Source: Streptosporangiaceae bacterium
GTDB taxonomy: Bacteria > Actinomycetota > Actinomycetes > Streptosporangiales > Streptosporangiaceae
DNA length: 64,000 bases
Assembly (NCBI GenBank): GCA_035518495.1
Contig: DATIXO010000342.1
Location: 1,487-65,486, forward strand
Direction: 5' to 3'
Shown: piece by piece, positions 22,817-35,230 of the stretch
How the letters are laid out: every line of letters starts with the position of its first letter
How positions within the stretch are numbered: position 1 is the first letter of the stretch
The notes under the pieces: generated by a model
Databases searched by the model: none
Told to the model about the DNA's origin: nothing
The model's input: the letters and a program-made list of their open reading frames with translations, nothing else
Program-made: the position numbers and the translations under genes

Positions 22817-23923
22817 GTGGAGGCGACCAACATCAGCCCGGCTACCGCGGCCGGCGTCACCGGCCATGCCGGCAGCGGCGGCGCGCCGGTCAACCTGCAG
22901 CAAGTGAGCCGGTCGTTCGGCGCCGTGCGGGCGCTGAGAGAGCTGTCGCTGGAGATCGCGCCGGGTGAGCTCGTCGCGCTGCTCGGCCCGTCCGGCTGCG
23001 GCAAGACCACGGCGCTGCGGATCCTGGCCGGTTTCGAGACCGCGGACAGCGGCACGGTGACCGTGGACGGCAAGGACGTCGCGACGGTGCCGGCCGCCAA
23101 GCGCGACATGGGCATGGTGTTCCAGAGCTACAGCCTGTTCCCGAACATGTCCGCGCTGGAGAACGTCGGGTTCGGCCTGCGGATGCGCAAGATGAGCGGG
23201 GCCGGCCGGCGCCGGCGCGGCCACGAGCTGCTCGAGCTGGTCGGGCTGTCCGCGCAGGCCGCCCAGTTCCCGCACCAGCTGTCCGGGGGCCAGCAGCAGC
23301 GGGTCGCCCTGGCCCGGGCCCTGGCCATCGAGCCGCGGGTGCTGCTGCTCGACGAGCCGCTGTCCGCCCTCGACGCCAAGGTCCGGCTGCAGCTGCGGGA
23401 GCAGATCCGCTCGCTGCAGCAGCGGCTGGGCATCACCACCGTGTTCGTCACCCACGACCAGGAGGAGGCGCTGTCGATGGCCGACCGGGTCGGGGTGATG
23501 AAGGACGGCTCGCTGGAGCAGATCGCCGAGCCCTCCGAGCTGTACACCCACCCGGCCAGCGCGTTCGTCGCCGAGTTCGTGGGAACGACGAACCGGGTCC
23601 CCGGCGAGCTCACCGGCGGCGGCCAGGTCAGTGCGCTGGGCACGGTCACCGGCGTGCAGAGCGGCTGCGACGGCGTGCCGCCGGGCGCGGTGGACGTGCT
23701 GGTCCGGCCGGAGAACCTGCGGATCACCGCCATCGCCGGCGGCAACGGGATCGTCTCCCACCGGACCTTCCTGGGGTCGGTGAGCCGGATCAGCGTCCTG
23801 CTCTCCGGCGACGTGACCGTGCAGGTGGATGTGCCGAGCGCGACCGCCGCCGAGCTGGTGCCGGGGGCATCGGTCCAGGTCAGCCTGGATGGCTCGCCGG
23901 TGCAGGTGGCCGGGCGCGGGTGA
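22817..23923 (+). CDS. ABC transporter ATP-binding protein (PotA/PhnT-like, with a C-terminal TOBE-like domain)
   Basis: Walker A GPSGCGKTT, signature LSGGQQQRVALARAL, Walker B LLLDEPLSALD. GTG start at 22817 is preceded by GGGGGA. Confidence 0.9.
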   Translation: MEATNISPATAAGVTGHAGSGGAPVNLQQVSRSFGAVRALRELSLEIAPGELVALLGPSGCGKTTALRILAGFETADSGTVTVDGKDVATVPAAKRDMGMVFQSYSLFPNMSALENVGFGLRMRKMSGAGRRRRGHELLELVGLSAQAAQFPHQLSGGQQQRVALARALAIEPRVLLLDEPLSALDAKVRLQLREQIRSLQQRLGITTVFVTHDQEEALSMADRVGVMKDGSLEQIAEPSELYTHPASAFVAEFVGTTNRVPGELTGGGQVSALGTVTGVQSGCDGVPPGAVDVLVRPENLRITAIAGGNGIVSHRTFLGSVSRISVLLSGDVTVQVDVPSATAAELVPGASVQVSLDGSPVQVAGRG

Positions 23924-23969
23924 GGGCGCGGCTGGCCCGCGGACGGTCGGTCACCCATTCCCCGGCGGG

Positions 23970-24650
23970 TCAGTCACCCAGACCGAGCAGCGGCGGCAGG
24001 CCGGCGATCGAGTCGAGGATCACCGGCGCCTCGGCCTCCTCCAGCTCCGCCCGGCTCGTCCGGCCGGTCAGCACACCCGCGACCAGCCCGGCGCCGGCCC
24101 GCCGGCCCGACTCGACGTCGCTCGGGGTGTCGCCGACGACGGCGAGCTCGCTGACGGCCCCGCCGCCCAGCCGGAGCAGGGCCGTCAGCGGCATGTCCGG
24201 CCACGGGCGGCCGCGCCCGGCATCGGCGGGTGACAGCAGCAGGTCGGCCAGCGGCCGCCAGCCGAGCGCGTCGATGACCGCGTCCCGGGTAGCCGGGGCG
24301 AACCCGGTGGCCAGGCACACCCGGATGCCCGCCTCGCGCAGCCGGCTCATCACCTCGGCCGCGCCGGGCACCGGCTCGACCTGACCCGCCGCGACGGCCG
24401 CCGCGTAGCACTCCTCGAACGCCGCGTTGGCGCGCTGCGCGTCGGCCTCACCGGTGAAGATCTGCCGGAACACCTCGATCTTGGACTGCCCCATGGTCAC
24501 CTGGGCGGTCTGCATCGCCCGGTCGTGGGCGGGCGTCCCGCGGGCCAGCCCGCCGCGCTCGATCGCCGCCGCGAAGGCGGTGATCACCCCGTCGTCGTCG
24601 GCGACGGTGGTGCCGGCCATGTCCAGGCAAGCGATGGTGATCAGATCCAT
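23970..24650 (-). CDS. HAD-superfamily phosphonatase-like hydrolase (PhnX-like, TIGR03351-type)
   Basis: HAD motif I in PhnX form (ACLDMAGTTVADD, compare DWAGTT) and motif IV (VVGDTPSDVESGRRAG). It is adjacent to the FAD oxidase and the 2-AEP-type importer. Confidence 0.7.
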   Translation of the reverse strand: MDLITIACLDMAGTTVADDDGVITAFAAAIERGGLARGTPAHDRAMQTAQVTMGQSKIEVFRQIFTGEADAQRANAAFEECYAAAVAAGQVEPVPGAAEVMSRLREAGIRVCLATGFAPATRDAVIDALGWRPLADLLLSPADAGRGRPWPDMPLTALLRLGGGAVSELAVVGDTPSDVESGRRAGAGLVAGVLTGRTSRAELEEAEAPVILDSIAGLPPLLGLGD

Positions 24651-24662
24651 CGGTCCTCCCTC

Positions 24663-25820
24663 TCACAGACCGCTGGGGGCGGGGGCGCCGGGCAGGGCGG
24701 CCCGGGTGAATGTCTCCTCGGCGATGGCCGGCGCGCAGGTCATCCCGCGCCCGCCCGGGCCGGTGACCAGGGCCACGCCGGGTGCTGCCTGCGAGGCGTG
24801 GTAGAGGTCGTCACCGGTGACCATGCTGTAGACACCTGCCCAGCGCCGCTGGACCCGTGGCAGCGCCGTGCCCAGCAGGGCCTCAGCCCGTTCGCGCAGG
24901 TGGTCGTAGGCGTCCTCGTCCACGTCGAACGCGAACGGCTCGTCGTAGGCGTGGGTGTCACCGATGGTGAGCCCGCCGTCGAGGCGCTGCACCAGCAGCA
25001 GCTGTGCCCTGGTGGCGGCCGCGACCGGGGCCTGCGGGGCCAGCCTCGCCCGGCCGGGCAGGTCGTAGGCCGGGTAGTAGCGCAGCGAGTCGCCGTCGGC
25101 CAGCGAGGTCGTCAGGCGCGCCGGGAACGGCGCCGTCTGCATCATCTGCAGCCGTACCCGGCGCACCGGCGGGCGCGGCCAGGTCGCCAGGTGCGGCCCG
25201 GCGATCCCGGTGTGCACCGCGCCGGGGCACAGGACGACAAGGTCGCCGTGGTGCCAGGCGCCGGTGTGGTCGCGCACGGCGTGGGGGGCGAGCTCAACCG
25301 CCTCCCGGCCCGGCAGCCAGGTGTATCCGGCCGGGCTGGACGCCAGGTGGGCACGCAGCGACCCGAGCACCTGGCGGGGCTCGACGATCGCGTCGCGGGT
25401 GCCCAGCAGCCCGCCGGTGAACTCGCCGCAGAGCGCGGCGTTGACCGCCCGGCAGTCCTGCGGCGTGAGCAGCTCGTATCCTCTCGGGCCAGCGTCGGGC
25501 AGCGACGCAGCCTCCTTGAGCAGGCCCAGCTCGGCCTCGTCGGCGGCCAGGGTGAGCGACGGGATGGCGCGGAAACCGGTGCCGGGCACCTGCGCGGCGA
25601 TCTGTGCCCAGCGTGCCCGGGCGCGCAGCGCGAGTTCCAGCTCGGCGCCGGGCGCGCGGCCGCTCACCCAGATCAGCCCGAAATTGCGGACGCTGGCGCC
25701 GCGGGCGACGGGCTCGCGCTCGATGTGGACGACATGGTGCCCGCGCTGCCGGGCTTCCAGCGCGTGCATCATCCCGAGCACGCCGCCCCCGACCACCACC
25801 ACCCGTTCCACCTGCCACAC
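24663..25820 (-). CDS. FAD-dependent oxidoreductase (DAO family, TIGR03364-type associated with phosphonate catabolism)
   Basis: N-terminal Rossmann motif VVVVGGGVLGMMHA; 385 aa. It is co-oriented with and 12 nt upstream of the PhnX-like gene. Confidence 0.7.
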   Translation of the reverse strand: MWQVERVVVVGGGVLGMMHALEARQRGHHVVHIEREPVARGASVRNFGLIWVSGRAPGAELELALRARARWAQIAAQVPGTGFRAIPSLTLAADEAELGLLKEAASLPDAGPRGYELLTPQDCRAVNAALCGEFTGGLLGTRDAIVEPRQVLGSLRAHLASSPAGYTWLPGREAVELAPHAVRDHTGAWHHGDLVVLCPGAVHTGIAGPHLATWPRPPVRRVRLQMMQTAPFPARLTTSLADGDSLRYYPAYDLPGRARLAPQAPVAAATRAQLLLVQRLDGGLTIGDTHAYDEPFAFDVDEDAYDHLRERAEALLGTALPRVQRRWAGVYSMVTGDDLYHASQAAPGVALVTGPGGRGMTCAPAIAEETFTRAALPGAPAPSGL

Positions 25821-26008
25821 CCTTCCTGGCCTGGGTCACGACAGTCAATCCGCCGCCGGTGACGCGGCCGTGAACGGCAGCCGCCGCCCAGCCCAATGCC
25901 CGGCGGCGGAGAACCTGGCCCGCGGCTGATTCACTATGGACGGGCCAGGCGTCCTGCGCACAGGACGATGATGGTCCGGACGGTACCCACGCGCGGCGGG
26001 AGTGTCAG

Positions 26009-26770
26009 GTGGACGTGCTCGGAATCGACATCGGGGGCTCGGGGATCAAGGCCGCACCGGTGGACGTCGCCAGGGGGACCTTCACCGCGGACCGGGTCAA
26101 GGTGCCCACCCCGCGGCCCGCGCAGCCCACCGCTGTCGCGGAGGCCGTCAAGGGCCTGGTGACCACCTTCGGCTGGTCCGGGCCGGTCGGCGTCACCTTC
26201 CCAGGGGTGGTGGCCGGAGGGGTCACGTGGACCGCCGCCAATCTCGATCCGGCCTGGATCGGCCTGGACGCGCGGGCATTGTTCAGCGGGGCGACCGGGC
26301 TGACCCTCAGCATGCTGAACGACGCTGACGCGGCCGGGCTGGCCGAGATGAAGTTCGGGGCCGGGGCCGGCGAGCGGGGAACAGTGCTCTTGCTGACCTT
26401 CGGCACCGGGATCGGCAGCGCGCTGTTCATCGACGGCCTGCTGGTGCCGAACACCGAGTTCGGCCACATCGAGATCCACGGCAAGGACGCCGAGGAGCGG
26501 GCCTCCGAGCGCGCGCGGGAGCTGCACGACCTGAGCTGGGACAAATGGGCAGGCCGCGTCGATGAGTACCTCACCCACATGGAAGCCCTGGTATGGCCCA
26601 GCCTGTTCATCATCGGCGGCGGCATCAGCCGGAAGGCGGACAAGTTCATCCCGCTGCTGGCCAGCGTGCGGGCCCGGATCGTGCCGGCCAAGCTGCACAA
26701 CGACGCCGGGATCGTCGGCGCGGCCATGGCGGCGGTGGCCAGAGCTGACCGGCGGCCGCCGGCTACCTGA
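26009..26770 (+). CDS. ppgK: Polyphosphate glucokinase (ROK family)
   Basis: [48 protein letters not shown]. Length 253 aa, GTG start. Confidence 0.88.
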   Translation: MDVLGIDIGGSGIKAAPVDVARGTFTADRVKVPTPRPAQPTAVAEAVKGLVTTFGWSGPVGVTFPGVVAGGVTWTAANLDPAWIGLDARALFSGATGLTLSMLNDADAAGLAEMKFGAGAGERGTVLLLTFGTGIGSALFIDGLLVPNTEFGHIEIHGKDAEERASERARELHDLSWDKWAGRVDEYLTHMEALVWPSLFIIGGGISRKADKFIPLLASVRARIVPAKLHNDAGIVGAAMAAVARADRRPPAT

Positions 26771-27521
26771 CCGGCTGCCCGGCGGCGCGCAGGGCGTTTT
26801 TCACGTCGGGGATGCGCAGCTCGCCGAAGTGGAACACGCTGGCGGCGAGCACGGCATCGGCACCCGCCTCGACCGCGGGCGGGAAATGGGCGAGCCCGCC
26901 GGCCCCGCCGCTGGCGATGACCGGGACGGTGACGGCCGCCCGCACCGCCCGGATCAGCTCGAGGTCGAACCCGGCCTTGGTGCCGTCAGCGTCCATCGAG
27001 TTGAGCAGGATCTCACCGACGCCGAGCCCGGCCGCGCGGGCCGCCCACTCGACCGCGTCGATGCCGGTGCCCCGCCGGCCGCCGTGGGTGGTCACCTCGA
27101 ACCCGCCGCGCCCGGCGGCACGGCGGGCATCCACCGACAGCACCACGCACTGCGAGCCGAACCTGTAGGCCGCCTCGGCGAGCAGCTCCGGCCGGGCGAT
27201 GGCCGCGGTGTTCAGCGAGACCTTGTCCGCCCCGGCCCGCAGCAGCCGGTCCACGTCGGCGGCGCTGCGCACGCCGCCACCGACCGTGAGCGGGATGAAC
27301 ACCTGCTCGGCGGTGCGGCTCACCACCTCGTACATGGTCTCGCGGCCGCTGGATGAGGCGGTGATGTCCAGGAACACCAGCTCGTCGGCGCCGTCGGAGT
27401 CGTAGGCGGCGGCCAGTTCGACCGGGTCCCCGGCGTCGCGCAGCCCGCGGAAGTTGACCCCCTTGACCACCCGCCCGCCGTCCACGTCCAGGCAGGGAAT
27501 GACCCGTACCGCGACGCTCAC
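26763..27521 (-). CDS. hisF: Imidazole glycerol phosphate synthase cyclase subunit
   Basis: [38 protein letters not shown]. The start was trimmed to GTG at 27521. Confidence 0.95.
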   Translation of the reverse strand: MSVAVRVIPCLDVDGGRVVKGVNFRGLRDAGDPVELAAAYDSDGADELVFLDITASSSGRETMYEVVSRTAEQVFIPLTVGGGVRSAADVDRLLRAGADKVSLNTAAIARPELLAEAAYRFGSQCVVLSVDARRAAGRGGFEVTTHGGRRGTGIDAVEWAARAAGLGVGEILLNSMDADGTKAGFDLELIRAVRAAVTVPVIASGGAGGLAHFPPAVEAGADAVLAASVFHFGELRIPDVKNALRAAGQPVR

Positions 27522-27556
27522 GGCGCCCCCGCGGCCGGTGCCGTCACGCGGTGCCG

Positions 27557-27952
27557 TCACGCGGTGCCGATCCCCGGCATGTAGGCGTCCGCCTCGACCT
27601 CGATCAGCATCCGGGGGTCGACCAGCGCCGCGACCTCGACCATCGTGGTGGCGGGCCGCACGTCCCCGAACGCCGCACCGTGTGCGCGGCCGTACTCCTC
27701 CCAGCGGGAGATGTCGGTGACGAACATCCGGGTCCGCACCACGTCTGCCAGGCCCGCGCCGAGGCGCTCCAGGGCCTGCGCCACGTTGGCGATCGCCTGG
27801 GTGGTCTGCGCGCCGGCGTCGCCCTCGTGCACGACCGCGCCGCCCGCCACCGAGGTGCAGCCGGCCACGAACGCGAAGTCGCCAGCGGCCACGGCCCGGC
27901 TGTAGCCCGCGACCGGCTCCCACGGAGTCCCGCTGGAGATCCGCCGCGTCAT
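27557..27952 (-). CDS. RidA/YjgF-family protein inside the his operon
   Basis: 131 aa: [19 protein letters not shown]...RTRMFVTDI...TMVEVAAL. An ATGA overlap links it to the hisA stop. The same slot is occupied by a RidA-family gene in Streptomyces, as far as I recall. Confidence 0.8.
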   Translation of the reverse strand: MTRRISSGTPWEPVAGYSRAVAAGDFAFVAGCTSVAGGAVVHEGDAGAQTTQAIANVAQALERLGAGLADVVRTRMFVTDISRWEEYGRAHGAAFGDVRPATTMVEVAALVDPRMLIEVEADAYMPGIGTA

Positions 27953-28671
27953 GACGCGACCGCCGCGAGCGCCTGCTCCAGCGTGAACGCGCCCGCATAC
28001 AGCGCCTTGCCCACGATCGCCCCCTCCACCCCGAGCGGCGCCAGTGCCGCGATCGCCCGCAGGTCGGCCAGGCTGGCCACGCCGCCGCTGGCGATCACCG
28101 GCCGGCCGGTGGCCGCGCACACCCGGCGCAGCAGGCCCAGGTTCGGGCCGGTGAGCGTGCCGTCCCTGGTGACGTCGGTGACCACGAAACGGGCACAGCC
28201 GTCGGCGTCGAGCCGGGCGAGCGTCTCACCGAGATCTCCCCCCTCCTGCGTCCACCCCCGGGCGGCGAGCCGGTCCCCCCGCACGTCGAGCCCGACGGCG
28301 ACTTTCTCGCCGAACTCGGCGATCACCGCCTGGACCCAGTCCGGCCGCTCCAGCGCGGCGGTGCCGATGTTGACGCGCGCGCAGCCGGTGGCCAGCGCGG
28401 CGGCGAGCGAGGCGTCGCCGCGGATGCCGCCGGACAGCTCGACCGCGATGTCGAGCCGGCCCACCACGTCGGCGAGCAGCTCCGCGTTGGAGCCACGGCC
28501 GAACGCGGCGTCCAGATCGACCAGGTGGATCCACCGCGCACCGGCCGCCTGCCAGGCCAGCGCGGCCTGCAGCGGGTCGCCGTAGCTGGTCTCGGTGCCC
28601 GCCGCCCCCTGGACCAGCCGGACCGCCTGCCCGCCGGCCACGTCCACCGCGGGCAGCAGGGTCAGGCTCAT
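27949..28671 (-). CDS. hisA: Phosphoribosyl isomerase A (HisA/TrpF-type PriA)
   Basis: [36 protein letters not shown]. The start was trimmed to ATG at 28671 ([11 protein letters not shown]). Confidence 0.92.
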   Translation of the reverse strand: MSLTLLPAVDVAGGQAVRLVQGAAGTETSYGDPLQAALAWQAAGARWIHLVDLDAAFGRGSNAELLADVVGRLDIAVELSGGIRGDASLAAALATGCARVNIGTAALERPDWVQAVIAEFGEKVAVGLDVRGDRLAARGWTQEGGDLGETLARLDADGCARFVVTDVTRDGTLTGPNLGLLRRVCAATGRPVIASGGVASLADLRAIAALAPLGVEGAIVGKALYAGAFTLEQALAAVAS

Positions 28672-28694
28672 ACCCCTGCCTCCCTCGCGGTGCG

Positions 28695-28796
28695 TCGCGC
28701 CGGAGGCGCGCCAGCCAGCACTTCGCTTGGTCGCGCCGGAGGCGCGCCAGCTAGCAGGGCGGGAGGCGGGTCCTCGGCGCCGGAAGCGCGCCACCT
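28695..28796. repeat. Three copies (two perfect 22-mers and one degenerate) of a GC-rich hairpin-containing repeat in the hisH-hisA spacer
   Basis: gtcgcgccggaggcgcgccagc occurs at 28695-28716 and again at 28731-28752. A degenerate copy, tcggcgccggaagcgcgccacc, is at 28774-28796. Each copy contains the inverted repeat cgcgcc-gga-ggcgcg. Confidence 0.8.
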
Positions 28797-28855
28797 GGTG
28801 GCATGGCCCGGCGCCTGCGGCGATCCGGGCAGGTCCGAGTTTGACAGAAACGGCC

Positions 28856-29490
28856 TCATCGCAGCGTCTCCAGCCAGTTGGCCAGCAGGGCCGCGCCGGC
28901 GTCGCCGGACTTCTCGGGGTGGAACTGGGTCGCGCACAGCGGGCCGTTCTCGACCGCCGCGACGAACGGCTCGCCGTGGGTGGCCCAGGTCACCAGCGGC
29001 GGGGTCATGTGCGGGGACGGCTCCAGGCCGAACGCGCGGGCGGCGTAGGAGTGGACGAAGTAGAACCGCTCCCCCGCTATCCCGGCCAGCAGCCGCGAGC
29101 CCGCCGGGGCCTGCACGGTGTTCCAGCCCATGTGCGGCAGCACCGGGGCGGTGAGCCGCTCCACCGTGCCCGGCCACTGGCCGCATCCCTTGGTGTGCAC
29201 GCCGTGCTCCACTCCCTCGCCGAACAGCACCTGCATGCCGACGCAGATACCCAGCACCGGCCGGGACCCGGCCAGCCGGCGGTCGATCAGCTGGTCGCCG
29301 CGGATCTCGGCCAGCCCGGCCATGCAGGCCGCGAACGCGCCCACGCCGGGCACCACCAGTCCATCGGCCGCCAGCGCAGCGTCGAAGTCCGCTGTCACGT
29401 CGGCGTCCGCGCCGGCCCGCGCCAGCGCCTTCTGCGCCGAACGCAGGTTCCCCGAACCGTAGTCCAGCACCACGACCCGTGGCCGGCGGG

Positions 29491-29494
<4 letters not shown>
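28856..29494 (-). CDS. hisH: Imidazole glycerol phosphate synthase glutamine amidotransferase subunit
   Basis: [28 protein letters not shown] (catalytic Cys), FVHSY, QFHPEKS. Confidence 0.95.
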
Positions 29495-32496
<3,002 letters not shown>

Positions 32497-32549
32497 CCGC
32501 CCAGTCTAAGAGGCCCTGGCAGTGGGGCGCTCCCCTGCTGCCAGGGCCT

Positions 32550-33164
32550 CTAAGGAGCACCCGGGCCGGGGGCCGCCAGCACTGGCCGGCCCGCACGGTC
32601 CCGGTGCTGGCCCCGGGTCGCGAACGCCTCCATGCCGCCGGCCGTCAGGCAGGCCGCGAGCGGCCAGAACGCCATCGCCCCGGTCGCCCGCAGCGTCAGC
32701 GGATCACGCAGGTGGCCGCCGGCCGGGAGGGTGGCCAGCAGGTGGTGGAAGCCGGCCAGCCCGGCCTGCTCACCGGCCCAGCGCGCGAGGAAGGCGGCGG
32801 CCAGCGCGCCGGCCAGCAGGCCGGCCATCGGCAGCGGGCCATACCTGCGCACCCCCAGCAGGTAGCCCAGTGCCCCTGAGATCACCCCGCCGGCCAGCGC
32901 GATCAGGCAGAAGATGAGGTCAGCGGCGATGAACGCGGTGGTCTCGGTCCGCACCAGGTCGGCCGCGCCGGGGCTGACCATCACCAGCAGCGCACGTGGC
33001 GCCGCCAGCGACCAGAGGTAACCGGCGGCGAGCCCGAGCAGCGCGGTGCCGGCGGCGATGGCCAGCGACACGCCGGCCGCGGCCGGGCTGGCGTCGAACG
33101 GCCGCACCGGGGCGGCTGCACCGCCAGGCCGCGCGGCTCCGGGAGAGGGGGGCAGCTCAGACAT
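32550..33164 (-). CDS. Hypothetical integral membrane protein upstream of hisD
   Basis: Four hydrophobic segments (GVSLAIAAGTALLGLAAGYLW, FIAADLIFCLIALAGGVISGALGYLL, PMAGLLAGALAAAFLA, MAFWPLAACLTAGGM). The start was chosen at ATG 33164 (MSELPPS) and is uncertain. Confidence 0.5.
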   Translation of the reverse strand: MSELPPSPGAARPGGAAAPVRPFDASPAAAGVSLAIAAGTALLGLAAGYLWSLAAPRALLVMVSPGAADLVRTETTAFIAADLIFCLIALAGGVISGALGYLLGVRRYGPLPMAGLLAGALAAAFLARWAGEQAGLAGFHHLLATLPAGGHLRDPLTLRATGAMAFWPLAACLTAGGMEAFATRGQHRDRAGRPVLAAPGPGAP

Positions 33165-33369
33165 GGTCGCCAGCAGCGTACGCGACCTCCCTCCGGCCAC
33201 GCACCGGAGCGCCACGCCGACCCGGTCGGGAAAGCTTGCTACCGTGTGTGCTGCCGCCGACGGGGACAGTCGCCTACGGGCAGGTTCACCGCAGCCAAGA
33301 CGATCTCAGCAACGGCTTAATGCAAGCTCAACCGCGGGCCTGTACAACCTCACGTATGAGGGGATCCAG

Positions 33370-34371
33370 ATGATCGAGGTACACGACCTCACCAAGCGGT
33401 ACGGGGACAAGCTCGCTGTGGATCACCTGTCGTTCACGGTCGGGCCCGGCCGGGTGACGGGGTTCCTGGGCCCGAACGGGGCGGGCAAGTCGACCACGAT
33501 GCGGCTGATCCTGGGCCTCGACCGGCCCCAGTCGGGCACCGCGACGATCGACGGGAAGCGTTATGACCAGCTGCCCCGCCCGCTGGCGGCGGTGGGCGCG
33601 CTGCTGGAGGCCAAGGCCATGCACACCGGCCGCAGCGCCTACAACCACCTGCTGTTCCTGGCCCAGAGCCAGGGCCTGCCCCGGCGTCGCGTGGACGAGG
33701 TCCTGGCGCTGGTCGGGCTCACCGAGGTGGCGAACAAGCGGACCGGCGGCTACTCGCTCGGCATGAGCCAGCGGGTCGGCATCGCCGCCGCCATGCTCGG
33801 CAATCCCCCGGCGCTGCTGCTGGACGAGCCGGTGAACGGGCTCGACCCGGAGGGGATCCGGTGGGTCAGGAACCTGATGAAGCAGCTGGCGGCCGAGGGG
33901 CGGACCATCTTCGTGTCCAGCCACCTCATGAACGAGATGGCGGTCACCGCCGACCACCTGATCGTGATCGGCAAGGGCAAGCTGATCGCCGACTGCCCGA
34001 CCCAGGAGTTCATCGAGCGCAGTTCCGAGCGGTCGGTGCTGGTGCGCTCGCCGCAGGCGGACCGGCTCGGTGAGCTGATCACCACCGAGGGCGGCGTGGT
34101 GAAGCAGGACACCAACGGCATCCAGCCCGCGGGGCTCAGCGTGACCGGGATGGAGGCGCCGCGGATCGGCGAGATCGCCGCCGCGGCCGGGATCGTCCTG
34201 CACGAGCTCACTCCCAGGCTCGCCTCGCTGGAGGAGGCCTTCATGGAGCTGACCGCCGGCAGCACGGAGTTCGGCGCCACCGGGCAGCCCCCGGCCGGCC
34301 AGGACGGCGCGCCCGCGCCAGCCGGCGCGCGCCAGCCAGCACCGGCCCATGGGGAGGAGATCACGCCATGA
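33370..34371 (+). CDS. ABC transporter ATP-binding protein (ABC-2/DrrA-like)
   Basis: MIEVHDLTKRYG, Walker A GPNGAGKSTT, signature YSLGMSQRVGIAAAM, Walker B LLLDEPVNGLD. GAGGGGA lies upstream of ATG 33370. Confidence 0.9.
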   Translation: MIEVHDLTKRYGDKLAVDHLSFTVGPGRVTGFLGPNGAGKSTTMRLILGLDRPQSGTATIDGKRYDQLPRPLAAVGALLEAKAMHTGRSAYNHLLFLAQSQGLPRRRVDEVLALVGLTEVANKRTGGYSLGMSQRVGIAAAMLGNPPALLLDEPVNGLDPEGIRWVRNLMKQLAAEGRTIFVSSHLMNEMAVTADHLIVIGKGKLIADCPTQEFIERSSERSVLVRSPQADRLGELITTEGGVVKQDTNGIQPAGLSVTGMEAPRIGEIAAAAGIVLHELTPRLASLEEAFMELTAGSTEFGATGQPPAGQDGAPAPAGARQPAPAHGEEITP

Positions 34372-35210
34372 CCGCTGTCGCACCCGCCGCCCCCGCGCCG
34401 GCCGCCGGTCAGGCCGCCCGGCGCCCCGGCTTCGGCAACCTGCTGCTCACCGAGTGGACCAAGATCCGGTCGGTGCGCTCGACCCTGTGGACGCTGATCA
34501 TCTTCGCCGTCGTCAGCCTCGGGCTCACCGCGCTGCTCACCTGGCTGACCATCCGGGCACTGAACAACGGCCGGAGCGGGGCCCGGGCGTCGGGCATCGG
34601 CGCCGACCCCGTCAACTTCATCCTCGGGACCGGGCTGGGCCTGGGCCAGCTGGCGATCTGCGTGCTCGGGGCGCTCGTGATCACCGCCGAGTACAGCTCG
34701 GGCACGATCCGGGCGTCACTGCTCGCGATGCCGCGGCGCATCCCCATGCTCATCGCCAAGGGGGTGGTCTTCAGCGTGCTGGTCTTCGTGGTGGGCGAGG
34801 CGGTGACGTTCGGCTCGTTCTTCATCGGCGCCGCCATCGTTCACAGCCACTTCCCGGTGTCGCTGAGCCAGCCGGGCGTGACCCGGGCAGTGATCGGCTC
34901 CGCGCTCTACCTCACCGTGCTCGGCCTGTTCGCACTGGCGATCGGCTCGCTGATCCGGCACACCGCCGGGGCCATCACCACCGTCATCGGCCTGGTGCTG
35001 GTGATCTTCCCGCTCACCGGGCTGCTGCCCTACAGCTGGGGCGCGCACATCCACGCCTACATGCCGACCGTGGCCGGCCAGCTGATCACCGCGGACAAGC
35101 AGACCGCGGGGCAGCTGCTCACGCCCTGGCAGGGATTCGGCGTCTTCTGCGCCTGGACCGCCCTGCTCCTGATCGTCGGCGGCTACCTCCTGAAGCGCCG
35201 CGACGCTTGA
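34368..35210 (+). CDS. ABC-2 family transporter permease
   Basis: Its ATG forms a 4-nt ATGA overlap with the ATPase stop codon. It has six hydrophobic segments, and LLTEWTKIRSVRSTLWTL is typical of ABC-2 permeases. Confidence 0.85.
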   Translation: MTAVAPAAPAPAAGQAARRPGFGNLLLTEWTKIRSVRSTLWTLIIFAVVSLGLTALLTWLTIRALNNGRSGARASGIGADPVNFILGTGLGLGQLAICVLGALVITAEYSSGTIRASLLAMPRRIPMLIAKGVVFSVLVFVVGEAVTFGSFFIGAAIVHSHFPVSLSQPGVTRAVIGSALYLTVLGLFALAIGSLIRHTAGAITTVIGLVLVIFPLTGLLPYSWGAHIHAYMPTVAGQLITADKQTAGQLLTPWQGFGVFCAWTALLLIVGGYLLKRRDA

Positions 35211-35230
35211 TCTAGCCCAAGCTCCGCGCC

